Shown: positions 1 through 9,895 of the stretch, one piece after another
Layout: each line of letters begins with the position of its first letter
How positions within the stretch are numbered: the stretch's first letter is position 1
Assembly: GCA_002783205.1 (NCBI GenBank)
Contig: PFEY01000060.1
Location: forward strand, 95,574-159,573
Direction of reading: 5' to 3'
DNA: 64,000 nucleotides
Source: Rhodobacteraceae bacterium CG17_big_fil_post_rev_8_21_14_2_50_63_15
GTDB lineage: Bacteria; Pseudomonadota; Alphaproteobacteria; Rhodobacterales; Rhodobacteraceae
The notes under the pieces: model-generated
Database searches by the model: none
Told to the model about the DNA's origin: nothing
What the model saw: the letters and a program-made list of their open reading frames with translations, nothing else
Translations under genes and position numbers: made by a program

Positions 1-261
1 CAGCATGTCATCGACGGGCTGGAGGCGCGCAAGGTGCCGGTCGGGCCGGTCAATACGATCGAACAGGCGCTTGAGAGCGAACAGGCGCAGGCGCGCGGCA
101 TGACGATCACGCTGCCCGCTGCGCAGACGGCTGCGGGCGAGGTGCGGCTGATCGGCAATCCGCTCAAATTCTCGCGCACGCCGGTCAGCTATCGAACGGC
201 TCCCCCCCCCAAGGGTGCGGATACCGAGGCGCTGCTCAACCGGCTCAAGACCGGTTTGTAA
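1..261 (+). CDS. CaiB/BaiF family III CoA-transferase, C-terminal part (5' end outside window)
   Basis: Frame open from base 1; VPVGPVNT...LIGNPLKFSRTPVSYRTAPP is the typical C-terminus of class III CoA-transferases. Confidence 0.8.
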   Translation, partial: QHVIDGLEARKVPVGPVNTIEQALESEQAQARGMTITLPAAQTAAGEVRLIGNPLKFSRTPVSYRTAPPPKGADTEALLNRLKTGL

Positions 262-337
262 CCTAAGATCGCGGCCACGTGATTTGCAGCGACTCGCATG
301 GGCGCATAGCCATCCTGTGTCAACTGGAGGAACGTTC

Positions 338-808
338 ATGCAAAGAATTTTGAAACTGTTTGCCATTCTTTTGATGGTCGCCGGATCGGCGCAGGCGCTG
401 GAGCCGCGCGAGGGCTGGGTCGTTCTGCAAAGCGGCAAATCCTTTGGTGATCTGGTCAAGGCGGTCAACGCGGTGGTGGAGACGAGCGAGATCCGCATCG
501 TGACGCAGGCGAGCGCGTCGGCAGGTGCTGCGCAGCAGGGCATCACCATTCCGGGCAATCGGATCTTTGGTCTCTATCGCAACGATTACGCGCGGCGGAT
601 GCTGGCCGCGAGCCTTGCCGCCGGAATCGAGGCGCCGATCCGGCTTTATGCCACGGAAAATGCCGATGGGACATCGACCCTTTCCTACAAGACACCGAGC
701 CATGTCTTTGCACCCTATTTCGACGAGGGCGGAGACGAATTGCGCGGTCTTGCCGCCGAACTGGACGGGATTTTTGACTCTGTCGCAAGAGCTGCCACAG
801 CTGAGTGA
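338..808 (+). CDS. DUF302-domain exported protein
   Basis: GGAGG RBS then ATG at 338; signal peptide MQRILKLFAILLMVAGSAQA; AGIEAPIRLY...LSY motif resembles DUF302. Confidence 0.7.
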   Translation: MQRILKLFAILLMVAGSAQALEPREGWVVLQSGKSFGDLVKAVNAVVETSEIRIVTQASASAGAAQQGITIPGNRIFGLYRNDYARRMLAASLAAGIEAPIRLYATENADGTSTLSYKTPSHVFAPYFDEGGDELRGLAAELDGIFDSVARAATAE

Positions 809-1015
809 TCCATGTGCAGGTCGAGACGATGCACCCCACCCTAGGCAGAATTGTGCTGATTTTCTTCGCGTATCAGAGGTTTGGCTCTGCCACTTCACCG
901 TCACATTCGTTAAACTTCGGATAACGTATTGGTGAAGTTAGCCGCATGAGCGTTGCTGCTGTCTTACATAGCAGGCTAGCTGAACGTGGAATGACTGTCG
1001 AAAGGATGTCGGGTT

Positions 1016-2392
1016 ATGGGTACTGATCAGTTCGGGTACGAGACGACAGTCTCGTCTCCTGCCGCCGCTGCGGCTTGGGACAACACGGTTTTAGCCTTTC
1101 TCGCCCACGGCGCAAGAACGCCCGAATATCTTGGAAGAACCCTGAGCGAAGAGCCGGACTTTGCCATGGGCCACGCAACCAAAGGCTTGTTCCTTCTGAT
1201 GCTTGGGCGGCGCGAACTGACTGCAACGGCCCAAGACAGCTATGCCATGGCTCTTGCCGCTGCTGATCGTGTTGCGCCGACAGCGCGTGAGATGGGGTAT
1301 GTTCGTGCCCTCGGGGCGTGGCTGGACGGACGCCCTTCCGGGACCGTTCAGGAGATGGAGGCGATTTTGGCCTGCTGGCCAGAGGATGCACTTGCCATGA
1401 AGATGAGCCACGCCACACGGTTCATTCTGGGCGATGGCAAGGGAATGCGTGCCTCGGTCGAGGCGCTTTTGCCCGCCTATGACGCCAAGAATCCGGCCTG
1501 CGGCTATCTGTTGGGCTGCCACGCCTTTTGTCTGGAGGAAACCGGCGAATATGGGCGCGCCGAAACCGCCGGTCGCCTCGGGCTGAGCCTTGCCCCCGAC
1601 GATGCCTGGGGCCTGCACGCGGTGGCGCATGTGTTTGACATGACGGCCAATGCGCGCGCCGGCCTCAATTGGCTTGAGGGGCGCGAAGGCGCCTGGGCGC
1701 ATTGCAACAATTTCCGCTACCATGTCTGGTGGCACAAGGCGCTGATGCATCTCGATCAGGGCGAGATCGACGCGGTGTTCCACCTCTACGATACCGAGGT
1801 GCGCCGCGACCATACCGACGATTTCCGCGATATTTCCAACGGGGCCGCAATGCTCATGCGGCTAGAACTGGAGGGGATCGATGTGGGCGATCGCTGGGAG
1901 GAAATGGCCGAGATCAGCGAGCGCCGGACCGAGGATGCCTGTCTGATCTTTGCCGACCTGCATTATCTCATGGCTTTGGTCGGCGGGCAGCGCGACGTGG
2001 CGATCAAGCGGATGATGGGCCGCCTGCACCGGGATGCGAAACAGAGCAGCGTCTCTGAAATGACGGCGCGCATGGCGAATCCCGGCCTGTCCGCCGCGAC
2101 GGGCCTTGAGGCCTTTGGCGCGGGCGATTACAAGACCGCATTCCTCAACCTTGGGAGGGCGAGACGGTCCATGCAACTCGTCGGAGGAAGCCATGCGCAG
2201 AGGGATGTCTTTGAGCGACTCACCATCGATTCCGCGATCCGGGGCGGGTTTCTCCACGAGGCAGAGAGCATTCTGCGCGAACGCACTACACAGCGCTCCG
2301 GTCGCCTCGATGCCTATGCCAGCAGCCGTCTCGATCTGATTGCCGACTCTCAAGGCGATTGGAAAGAGGTTGGGCGCTTGCCTGCCGAATAG
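1016..2392 (+). CDS. TTC38-like tetratricopeptide repeat protein
   Basis: 458 aa; DAWGLHAVAHV and HVWWHKAL motifs plus helical repeats as in the TTC38 family. Confidence 0.8.
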   Translation: MGTDQFGYETTVSSPAAAAAWDNTVLAFLAHGARTPEYLGRTLSEEPDFAMGHATKGLFLLMLGRRELTATAQDSYAMALAAADRVAPTAREMGYVRALGAWLDGRPSGTVQEMEAILACWPEDALAMKMSHATRFILGDGKGMRASVEALLPAYDAKNPACGYLLGCHAFCLEETGEYGRAETAGRLGLSLAPDDAWGLHAVAHVFDMTANARAGLNWLEGREGAWAHCNNFRYHVWWHKALMHLDQGEIDAVFHLYDTEVRRDHTDDFRDISNGAAMLMRLELEGIDVGDRWEEMAEISERRTEDACLIFADLHYLMALVGGQRDVAIKRMMGRLHRDAKQSSVSEMTARMANPGLSAATGLEAFGAGDYKTAFLNLGRARRSMQLVGGSHAQRDVFERLTIDSAIRGGFLHEAESILRERTTQRSGRLDAYASSRLDLIADSQGDWKEVGRLPAE

Positions 2393-2425
2393 ACGCACCC
2401 ATCTCAGCAAGGGAGACGACACCCT

Positions 2426-3658
2426 ATGACGAGTGTTGCCGATCCGTCCATGATCCATCGCCGTCCGGCGCAGGCCGTCGCCGCGCCTGTCGTCTCGACG
2501 CGCGATATCCGGCTGGATTTCTTTCGTGGCCTCGCGATGTTCATCATCCTGTGCGCCCATACGCCGAACAATTTCTTTACCAACTGGATTCCCGCGCGTT
2601 GGGGTTTTTCGGATGCCACCGAGATGTTCGTCTTTTGCTCGGGGATGGCCTCGGCCATCGCCTTTGGCCGCACCTTCGATCGTGTCGGCTGGGTGCTGGG
2701 AACGGGGCGTGTCGGCTATCGGATCTGGCAGGTTTATTGGGCGCATCTCTGCATGTTCTTCGCCATCGCGACGCTGCTGGCGACCTTTGACGTCATGGGC
2801 GATTTCCAAAAGACCTATGTCGCCACGCTCAATCTGCAAAGGTTCTTTGCCGATCCCGCGCCGCAACTGGTGGGGCTGTTCACGCTGACCTATGTGCCCA
2901 ACTATTTCGACATCCTGCCGATGTATATGGTCATTCTGGCGATGATGCCGCTGATGGTCGCGCTGAGCCGGATCAGTCTCTGGATGGTGGCGCTGGCCTG
3001 CGTCCTGCTCTGGTTGTTCGCGCAGGCTGCATTGCTTGACCTGCTCGGGCTGGGGCATCTGCATCTTTCCTTTCCGGCAGAGCCCTGGTCGGATCGAACA
3101 TGGTTCTTCAACCCGTTCGGATGGCAGTTGATCTTCTTCACAGGCTTTGCCTTCATGCGCGGATGGTTGCCGAAACCACCGGTGAACCTCGGTCTGATCC
3201 TCATTGCTCTCGCGATTGTCCTTGTAAACGTGCCGCTTTCTAATATCGGTGTGCGGGAATTCGGCTTTGACTGGGCAAGGGGCTGGCGCATCGCCAATCG
3301 ACCACTGTTCAACAAATCCGATTTTGGAATTCTGAGGTATGTACATTTTCTGGCGCTTGCATATCTGTGCTGGGCTGCGGCAGGCGATGGTGGGGCTCGT
3401 CTGCGCGCCGTTGGCAGCGGCACAATCGCACATATCTGGCGAGTCGTTCTCAAGATGGTTCTGAAGGTCGGGCAGCAGTCGCTGGCGGTCTTTGTCTTTT
3501 CGATGGTGTTCGCCCGGTTCTCGGGATTCGTGATGGATCAGATCGGGCGAACCACGGGGAACATGATTTTGGCAAACTTCATCGGCTTTGGCGCGTTGAT
3601 CGTGGTGGCCTACACCGTGAGTTGGTTCAAGTCGCATCCCTGGCGGGCGGTAAAATGA
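2426..3658 (+). CDS. opgC: OpgC periplasmic glucan succinyltransferase-type membrane protein
   Basis: RDIRLDFFRGLAM, GFSDATEMFVF, FDILPMY and FNPFGWQLIF motifs; many TM segments; directly upstream of opgG/opgH. Confidence 0.9.
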   Translation: MTSVADPSMIHRRPAQAVAAPVVSTRDIRLDFFRGLAMFIILCAHTPNNFFTNWIPARWGFSDATEMFVFCSGMASAIAFGRTFDRVGWVLGTGRVGYRIWQVYWAHLCMFFAIATLLATFDVMGDFQKTYVATLNLQRFFADPAPQLVGLFTLTYVPNYFDILPMYMVILAMMPLMVALSRISLWMVALACVLLWLFAQAALLDLLGLGHLHLSFPAEPWSDRTWFFNPFGWQLIFFTGFAFMRGWLPKPPVNLGLILIALAIVLVNVPLSNIGVREFGFDWARGWRIANRPLFNKSDFGILRYVHFLALAYLCWAAAGDGGARLRAVGSGTIAHIWRVVLKMVLKVGQQSLAVFVFSMVFARFSGFVMDQIGRTTGNMILANFIGFGALIVVAYTVSWFKSHPWRAVK

Positions 3659-5160
3659 TTCGTCGGGATGTCCTGAAATCCATGACAGCTTTTGCGTTGT
3701 TGCCGTCGGTAGCCCGTGCAAATGGCGCAGCGCCATTTTCTGAGGCGGCGCTGCACGATCTCGCGCGCGAGATCGCGGCCCAGCCCTATGTCGAGCGGCC
3801 GCTTGTGCCGCAAGCCTGGCGCGATCTGACCTATGACCAGTATCGCGGGATCCGGTTTCTCACCGAGCGCGCGGTTTGGGCGGGCACCGATACGACGCTG
3901 GAATTCGACCTCTTTCCGCCCGGTCTCTACTTTGAGCATGTGGTCGAGGTCAATGTGGTCGAGGACGGTGTCGTGCGCGTCCTGCCGTTTGATTTCTCGC
4001 TCTATGATCTGCATGAGATCGTGCCCGAGTTGCCGATCGAGCCGGGTCTTGGCTATTCCGGCATCCGGCTGCGCACCGAGCTGGAAAGACCGGGATTTTT
4101 TCAGGAATATGCGGTGTTTCAGGGGGCAAGCTATTTTCGCGTGATCGCGCGCGATCTGGCCTATGGGCTGTCGGCCCGAGGGCTTGCGCTCAGGACGGCG
4201 GATCCGGAGGGTGAGGAATTTCCCGATTTCACCCGCTTCTGGATCGAGAAGCCCGCACCCGGCGCGATCTTTCACAAGGTTCATGCCCTCATGGAAAGTC
4301 CGTCGGTGACAGGACTTTACCACTTTACCCTGTTGCCGGTCGGTGAAACGACCGAGGTCGAGGTGCGCGCGACGCTCTGGCCGCGCGAGGATCTGGCAAA
4401 TGTCGGGATCGCGCCCTTGACCTCCATGTTCTTTTTCGATGAGACGAACCGGAACCGCTTTGACGATTTCCGCCCGGCGGTGCATGACAGCGACGGCCTG
4501 AGCATTCTCAATGGCAATGGCGAGCTGATCTGGCGACCGCTCGCCAATCCGCTGCAAGTGCAGGTGTCGAGCTTCATCGACAACAACCCGCAGGGCTTTG
4601 GTCTGGAACAGCGCGAGCGCAAGTTCTCGGATTTCGAGGATCTCGAGGCCCATTATCATCAGCGTCCCAGTCTCTGGGTCACGCCGGGTGAGGATTGGGG
4701 CCGGGGAGCGGTGACGCTGGTCGAGATTCCGAGCGACAAGGAAATCTATGACAATATCGTCGCCTACTGGCGGCCGCGTGATCCGCTGGTGGCGGGATCA
4801 GAGCACAGCTTTAGCTATCGGATGACATGGACGGGTCAGATCGCACCGCAGAAACCCGTGGCGCAGGTGCTCAACACCCGGATCGGCAAGGGCTTTGCGC
4901 ATAACGAAAGAAAACTCGTGGTGATCGATTTCGCCCCGCATGAAGCGCTGCCGCAGGACTATGACGATCTGGTGGTCCATGTGAATTCGAACAAGCTCGA
5001 ATTGCTGGAGGCTCAGGTCCAGCCCAACCCCGAGACCGGCGGACCGCGTCTGGTGTTTTCCTTTGATCCTGGCAAAGTGACGGTAGCGGAAATGCGCGCG
5101 CAACTGTTTCATCAGGAGCACGGCGTGTCCGAAGTCTGGCTTTACCGATGGACAGCCTGA
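3655..5160 (+). CDS. opgG: Glucan biosynthesis protein G/D (MdoG family), Tat signal
   Basis: ATGA overlap with opgC stop; MIRRDVLKS twin-arginine leader; FQGASYFR, GLSARGLA and RPAVHDSDGL motifs; G versus D paralogue not resolved. Confidence 0.88.
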   Translation: MIRRDVLKSMTAFALLPSVARANGAAPFSEAALHDLAREIAAQPYVERPLVPQAWRDLTYDQYRGIRFLTERAVWAGTDTTLEFDLFPPGLYFEHVVEVNVVEDGVVRVLPFDFSLYDLHEIVPELPIEPGLGYSGIRLRTELERPGFFQEYAVFQGASYFRVIARDLAYGLSARGLALRTADPEGEEFPDFTRFWIEKPAPGAIFHKVHALMESPSVTGLYHFTLLPVGETTEVEVRATLWPREDLANVGIAPLTSMFFFDETNRNRFDDFRPAVHDSDGLSILNGNGELIWRPLANPLQVQVSSFIDNNPQGFGLEQRERKFSDFEDLEAHYHQRPSLWVTPGEDWGRGAVTLVEIPSDKEIYDNIVAYWRPRDPLVAGSEHSFSYRMTWTGQIAPQKPVAQVLNTRIGKGFAHNERKLVVIDFAPHEALPQDYDDLVVHVNSNKLELLEAQVQPNPETGGPRLVFSFDPGKVTVAEMRAQLFHQEHGVSEVWLYRWTA

Positions 5161-7034
5161 CCCCTTTCCCCGTTGCGGGGGCCATGCCGCCACACAGTCC
5201 GTTGGACAATCCGGTTCAGGATCTCTGGCGGGCGTTTCATGATCCGAATGCACCAGGATGGCAGCGCGCCTCGCATATCTGGAGGCGGCGTGCGGCGGCC
5301 TTTCTGCCGGCTGTCCTGACCACTGGAGTGCTGGCCTGGGTCTTTGCCGATTGGCTCTCTACGGGGGGAATCTGGTGGTTGGAATGGGTTCTGCTGGCGC
5401 TTGTGGTCATGACATTCTTTTGGATCGCCCTTGCGCTTGGCACGGCAACGCTTGGCCTCTTCTGTTACATACAACGCAAACGGTCGCGGCGACGCGGTGA
5501 TCTGACTCCGCTTCGTGTGGCGCTGCTTGTGCCGATCTACAACGAGGACCCGGCTGAAGTTTTTGGCAACGCCTGCGCGATGATGTCTGCCCTGCGCCCG
5601 ACCCGATCAAGCCATCGCTTTGAGCTGTTTGTCCTCTCGGACACGCAGGATGCGGCAATCGCCATGGCGGAACAGCAAGCCTTTGAAACGCTGCGGGCGG
5701 CCCAGCCGATGGATGGTGCGGTGTGGTACCGGCGACGGGTTCAGAACATCGGGCGCAAGGTTGGCAATGTCGGTCAATGGCTGGCAAACTGGGGCGCAGC
5801 CTATGAGGCGATGATCGTTCTCGATGCCGACAGTCTCATGAGCGCGGAAGCCTTGATTGCACTGAGCGATGAAATGGCCGCGGACCCTAGCGTTGGGCTC
5901 ATCCAGTCCGCGCCGATGGTGATCGGCTCTGACACGCTGTTTGGCCGGATGCAGCAATTCTCTGCCGCGGTCTATGGCACGCTCCTCTCCGAAGGCTTGG
6001 CGGGATGGACCGGATCCGAGGGCAACTATTGGGGCCACAACGCGATCCTGCGCACTCGCGCCTTTGCCGATTGCGCCGGCTTGCCGCGGATGCCCTCCCT
6101 GCGGGGCACAGGTGGCCTGATCCTCAGTCACGATTTTGTCGAGGCGGGTCTCTTGCGGCGCGCCGGATGGGCCGTGCGATTCATGCCCTTCATCGCGGGC
6201 AGTTACGAAGAGCCTCCCGCGACGCTCATCGACTATGCCCTGCGTGATCGCCGCTGGTGCCACGGCAACCTGCAACATCTGAGTTTGTTGGGCGTGCGTG
6301 GGTTTCATGCCGTGTCACGGTTCCATCTCTTTCACGGTGCAATGAGTTATCTGCTCTCTCCCGTCTGGTTCAGTCTCCTGGTGATCTGGGCGCTCCATGG
6401 TAACGGGCCGGATAGCGTGATCCGTTACTTTTCGGACGAAAACCCGCTTTACCCCATCTGGCCGGAAATGAGCCGAGTGAGTTCCGTTCTCATTTTGCTG
6501 TTCATGTATGGGATGCTGTTGGCGCCAAAGTTGATGGGTGCCTTGGCGCTTGGCCTGACGGACGTGCGCATCGTGCGGTTTGGCGGCACTGCGCGATTTG
6601 TGCTGTCCCTGTTCACAGAGATCCTGCTCTCGGTCCTCTTTGCGCCGATCATGATGTTCCAACAGGTTGTTGCGGTTTTGCGCACGGTGATCGGCATCCG
6701 TCCGATCTGGTCGCCTCAGGCGCGCAAAGGCGGTGACTATAGCGCGTGGACTGTGCTGAAGTTTCATGCACTTGAAACCGTGAGCGGGTCGCTGCTGATG
6801 CTTGGAATGGCTGCGGGCGTGGTGTCGGTCTGGTTGCTCCCGATTGCCACCAGCCTGATTGCCGCCGTGCCGCTGTCGATGCTGTCCGGTTCTCGGCTCA
6901 GTGAGCGGCCCTTGCTGCGCCATCTCATGGCGACGCCGGATATGTTCACGCCACCGGCAATCCTGGACCTGGCACGTCTCAACCGTAATCTGTTTCGGAC
7001 AGTCCAGCAGCATCCGCCGATCGCCGCCGAATAG
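5148..7034 (+). CDS. opgH: Glucan biosynthesis glucosyltransferase H (GT2)
   Basis: PIYNEDP, RKVGN, VLDADSLM, NYWGHNAI, LSHDFVEA and RDRRWCHGN motifs. Confidence 0.95.
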   Translation: MDSLTPFPVAGAMPPHSPLDNPVQDLWRAFHDPNAPGWQRASHIWRRRAAAFLPAVLTTGVLAWVFADWLSTGGIWWLEWVLLALVVMTFFWIALALGTATLGLFCYIQRKRSRRRGDLTPLRVALLVPIYNEDPAEVFGNACAMMSALRPTRSSHRFELFVLSDTQDAAIAMAEQQAFETLRAAQPMDGAVWYRRRVQNIGRKVGNVGQWLANWGAAYEAMIVLDADSLMSAEALIALSDEMAADPSVGLIQSAPMVIGSDTLFGRMQQFSAAVYGTLLSEGLAGWTGSEGNYWGHNAILRTRAFADCAGLPRMPSLRGTGGLILSHDFVEAGLLRRAGWAVRFMPFIAGSYEEPPATLIDYALRDRRWCHGNLQHLSLLGVRGFHAVSRFHLFHGAMSYLLSPVWFSLLVIWALHGNGPDSVIRYFSDENPLYPIWPEMSRVSSVLILLFMYGMLLAPKLMGALALGLTDVRIVRFGGTARFVLSLFTEILLSVLFAPIMMFQQVVAVLRTVIGIRPIWSPQARKGGDYSAWTVLKFHALETVSGSLLMLGMAAGVVSVWLLPIATSLIAAVPLSMLSGSRLSERPLLRHLMATPDMFTPPAILDLARLNRNLFRTVQQHPPIAAE

Positions 7035-7161
7035 TCGGCGCGATGTCATCTGGCAGAGTTCAGACCAGCCGGTCCGTGGGCTCCTTTCCGGCAAAGGACG
7101 CATCGAGATTGTCCAGCGCGCGAAAGCGATTCGTTGCCATGCGTTTTGCACGTGCGAGGTT

Positions 7162-7193
7162 AATGGTTCCGCCACCAATGGTTCCGCCACCAA
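7162..7193 (+). repeat. Tandem duplication of 15-mer AATGGTTCCGCCACC
   Basis: Two exact adjacent copies at 7162-7176 and 7177-7191 followed by AA. Confidence 0.9.
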
Positions 7194-7612
7194 AGACAAG
7201 AAATTTGGTAAGAAAGTGTGATCACCTTTGCCCATTTCCGATGCAAAAGAGGCAGAACTTTACCGATCCATGGCAATCTGCCGACCATCATGGGTACCCG
7301 GATGTTTCGGTGCCATCCACAAAAGGGCACGAACAACCGCTGCGGGAAAAGGATGGTTGCGCCAGCGCGCGACCTCCGGAGATCAGACCTGGAAACGGGC
7401 CCGGCCAGCGCAAGGCGACAGGATCGGACCGTCGTCCGATCGGAATGGTGCCGGAAAGGCGAAGGTTGTGAACTTCGCGCTTTTTACATGCGGCCGGGTC
7501 GGCTATCTTTTGGCGCGCCGAGTGGGGTCTTGGAAAATGATGCGGGCCCGTTTGCACGACTCATGCCGTGATCACTTCGCGCAGGGTCAGAGACCGGGGG
7601 GAGCCGATCACC

Positions 7613-8461
7613 ATGAACCGTTCGATAGATCGACGCGCCTTTCTCGGGGCCACCATTGCCGCAACTGTGTGCGGTCCGGCACACGGGCAATCGGTGTTTC
7701 GTCTCGGGTTGACCCCTGTCTTTCTGGACAACGACGCGGCCGTTATCGACGGACTGCGGCGGGCGCTTTCCCGCGGGATGGCGCGTGAGATCGAACTGGT
7801 CCAGCGGCGGACATATCAGGAGATCACGGGTATGCTTCTGGAGCGGTCCGTCGATGGCGCCTGGCTGTGTGGCTATCCCTATCTGCAACATGCCGATACG
7901 CTGCAACTGGTAACCGTGCCGATCTGGCGCGGCGGGCCTCTCTATCAGTCCTATCTGATCGTGGGGGCAGAAGATGCCGCAACCGAACTGGCTGATCTGC
8001 GGGGCGGGACCCATGCGTTCTCCGACCCGGATTCCAATTCGGGTTATCTTGTCACGGCAACCGATCTTCGCCGAAGGGGCGAGCGGCCTGAGACTTTCTT
8101 CAGCCGCTCGATCTTTACATATGGTCATCGTAATGTGGTGCGGGCGGTGGCGGATGGGCTGGTGCAATCCGGCAGCGTGGATGGCTATGTCTGGGAGGCG
8201 CTGGCGCAGATCGAGCCGGAGTTGACCGCGAACACGCGAGTCATCGGAAAATCTGAATGGCTTGGTTTTCCGCCAATCTGCGCACGCCGGGATGGGTTTG
8301 CATCCGAACCGGTGCAGGCCTTGCGGGCGGCCCTTTTGGAGATGAATACAACAGATGAGGGCCAGCAGGCGCTGTCCGCCCTGCAATTGGACGGGTTCGC
8401 TGATGCACCTGCCGCGCTGTTCGACGGGATCGCGGCAAGAATGCGCGATCTGGAGCAGTGA
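7613..8461 (+). CDS. aioX: Periplasmic arsenite-binding protein AioX (PhnD-like), Tat signal
   Basis: DRRAFLG leader; AWLCGYPY carrying the conserved As(III)-binding Cys; DPDSNSG motif; first gene of aioXSR. Confidence 0.9.
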   Translation: MNRSIDRRAFLGATIAATVCGPAHGQSVFRLGLTPVFLDNDAAVIDGLRRALSRGMAREIELVQRRTYQEITGMLLERSVDGAWLCGYPYLQHADTLQLVTVPIWRGGPLYQSYLIVGAEDAATELADLRGGTHAFSDPDSNSGYLVTATDLRRRGERPETFFSRSIFTYGHRNVVRAVADGLVQSGSVDGYVWEALAQIEPELTANTRVIGKSEWLGFPPICARRDGFASEPVQALRAALLEMNTTDEGQQALSALQLDGFADAPAALFDGIAARMRDLEQ

Positions 8462-8464
8462 TTC

Positions 8465-9895
8465 ATGCCGACACTGACTCGACTTCCTTTGTCTCTAAAG
8501 CTGCCGCTTCTGGCCGCGGCGATGATGGTTCTGGTGGGAGCGGTCGCGTCTCAACAGGTGCTGCGCGCTCTGGCCCGCGTTCAGGATGAGCGCGTACAGG
8601 AACTGGCGCAGATGCATGTCGAAGGTTTGTCGGTCGCGCTCGGCCCGTTGGTCCTGCGTCGCGATATCTGGGAGGTCTATGATACGCTCGACCGGGCATC
8701 ACAAAGCAGCGAAGGGCGCCGGATGATCCTGACCGCCGTAGCAGACGAGGCCGGGCGCGTTCTTGCGGCGACCGATCCGCGCCGTGTCCCCGTGGATAGC
8801 TCAATTGCCGATTTCGCCGGCAGCGCGGACGGCTTGGACGCTCTTTCGGTGAGCAGAGCGAAACCCATTCTGCGACTGATTGCACCGCTCGACTATCAGG
8901 GTCGAACGGTTGGCCAGATCGTGTCAGAGCTGGATGTCTCCGATCTGCTGAGTGAACGCCGAGAGGCGCTGATCTTGCTGATCCTCGGCAATGCCCTGGC
9001 CATCGGGGTTCTGGCCCTGGCGGGGTATCTTGCCATTCGAAAGATGTTGGGGCCCGTGTCGGTTCTGGCCCGCCAGATGACCGAAACAAAGGGCGAACCT
9101 CATCCGATTGCGACGACTGAGATCCCGAAGGGTGATGGTGAGCTGGCCCGTCTTGCGCGCATCTACAACACGATGGTGGGTGCGGTTGCCGCCAAGGCCG
9201 AGGCCGAACGACGGCTTGCAGAACGCGAACGCTTTGTCGCGCTCGGACGCTTGTCGTCCTCGCTGGCGCACGAGATCAACAACCCATTGGGCGGACTCCT
9301 GAACGTCACGGATACGATCCGCAACTTTCCGGATCGACCGGATGTCGTGCGTCAGTCAGCCGACCTGCTCGATCGGGGCCTGCGCCATCTGCGCGATGTA
9401 ACCCGGGCAACCTTGGACCTCAACAGGGTGGACGCCGAAGGCCGGCATCTGCGGTCTGCCGATTTTGACGATCTGAAGTTACTGATCCAGCCCGAAACAT
9501 CGCGGCGGACTCAAGATCTGGACTGGTCTGTTTGTCTGCCCGACGATGGCGCGGTTCCCTTTGCGGCGGGTCCGATACGTCAGATTTCCCTGAACCTGCT
9601 TCTGAATGCCGCCGCCGCCGCCGGATATGGGGGACGAGTTGGCCTTAAGGCAGAAACGCAAGACCGCAGCCTGACCATCGAGATCAGTGATACCGGAGAG
9701 GGAATGCCGCGCGCCGCGCTGGATCGCCTGCTGACGGATGAACCACTCAATCCCGGTGGCGGCGTCGGGTTGAGACTGGTTCGCGAACTGACCCTTAGCC
9801 TTGGTGGCCGGATTGTGCATGAGCGGGCAGACGGACAGACGCGTGTCACCGTTACGATCAGGCAAGAGCAAGGGGCGTTCCATGCTCAAGGGTAG
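8465..9895 (+). CDS. aioS: Sensor histidine kinase AioS
   Basis: Two TM segments, HAMP-like region, H-box AHEINNPLGG, DTGEG and GGGVGL boxes; lies between aioX and aioR. Confidence 0.9.
   Translation: MPTLTRLPLSLKLPLLAAAMMVLVGAVASQQVLRALARVQDERVQELAQMHVEGLSVALGPLVLRRDIWEVYDTLDRASQSSEGRRMILTAVADEAGRVLAATDPRRVPVDSSIADFAGSADGLDALSVSRAKPILRLIAPLDYQGRTVGQIVSELDVSDLLSERREALILLILGNALAIGVLALAGYLAIRKMLGPVSVLARQMTETKGEPHPIATTEIPKGDGELARLARIYNTMVGAVAAKAEAERRLAERERFVALGRLSSSLAHEINNPLGGLLNVTDTIRNFPDRPDVVRQSADLLDRGLRHLRDVTRATLDLNRVDAEGRHLRSADFDDLKLLIQPETSRRTQDLDWSVCLPDDGAVPFAAGPIRQISLNLLLNAAAAAGYGGRVGLKAETQDRSLTIEISDTGEGMPRAALDRLLTDEPLNPGGGVGLRLVRELTLSLGGRIVHERADGQTRVTVTIRQEQGAFHAQG

Noticed and set aside
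202-210. C9 homopolymer in the CoA-transferase 3' end as a phase-variation tract
   Set aside because: Frame is intact and encodes the family-typical APP segment close to the stop
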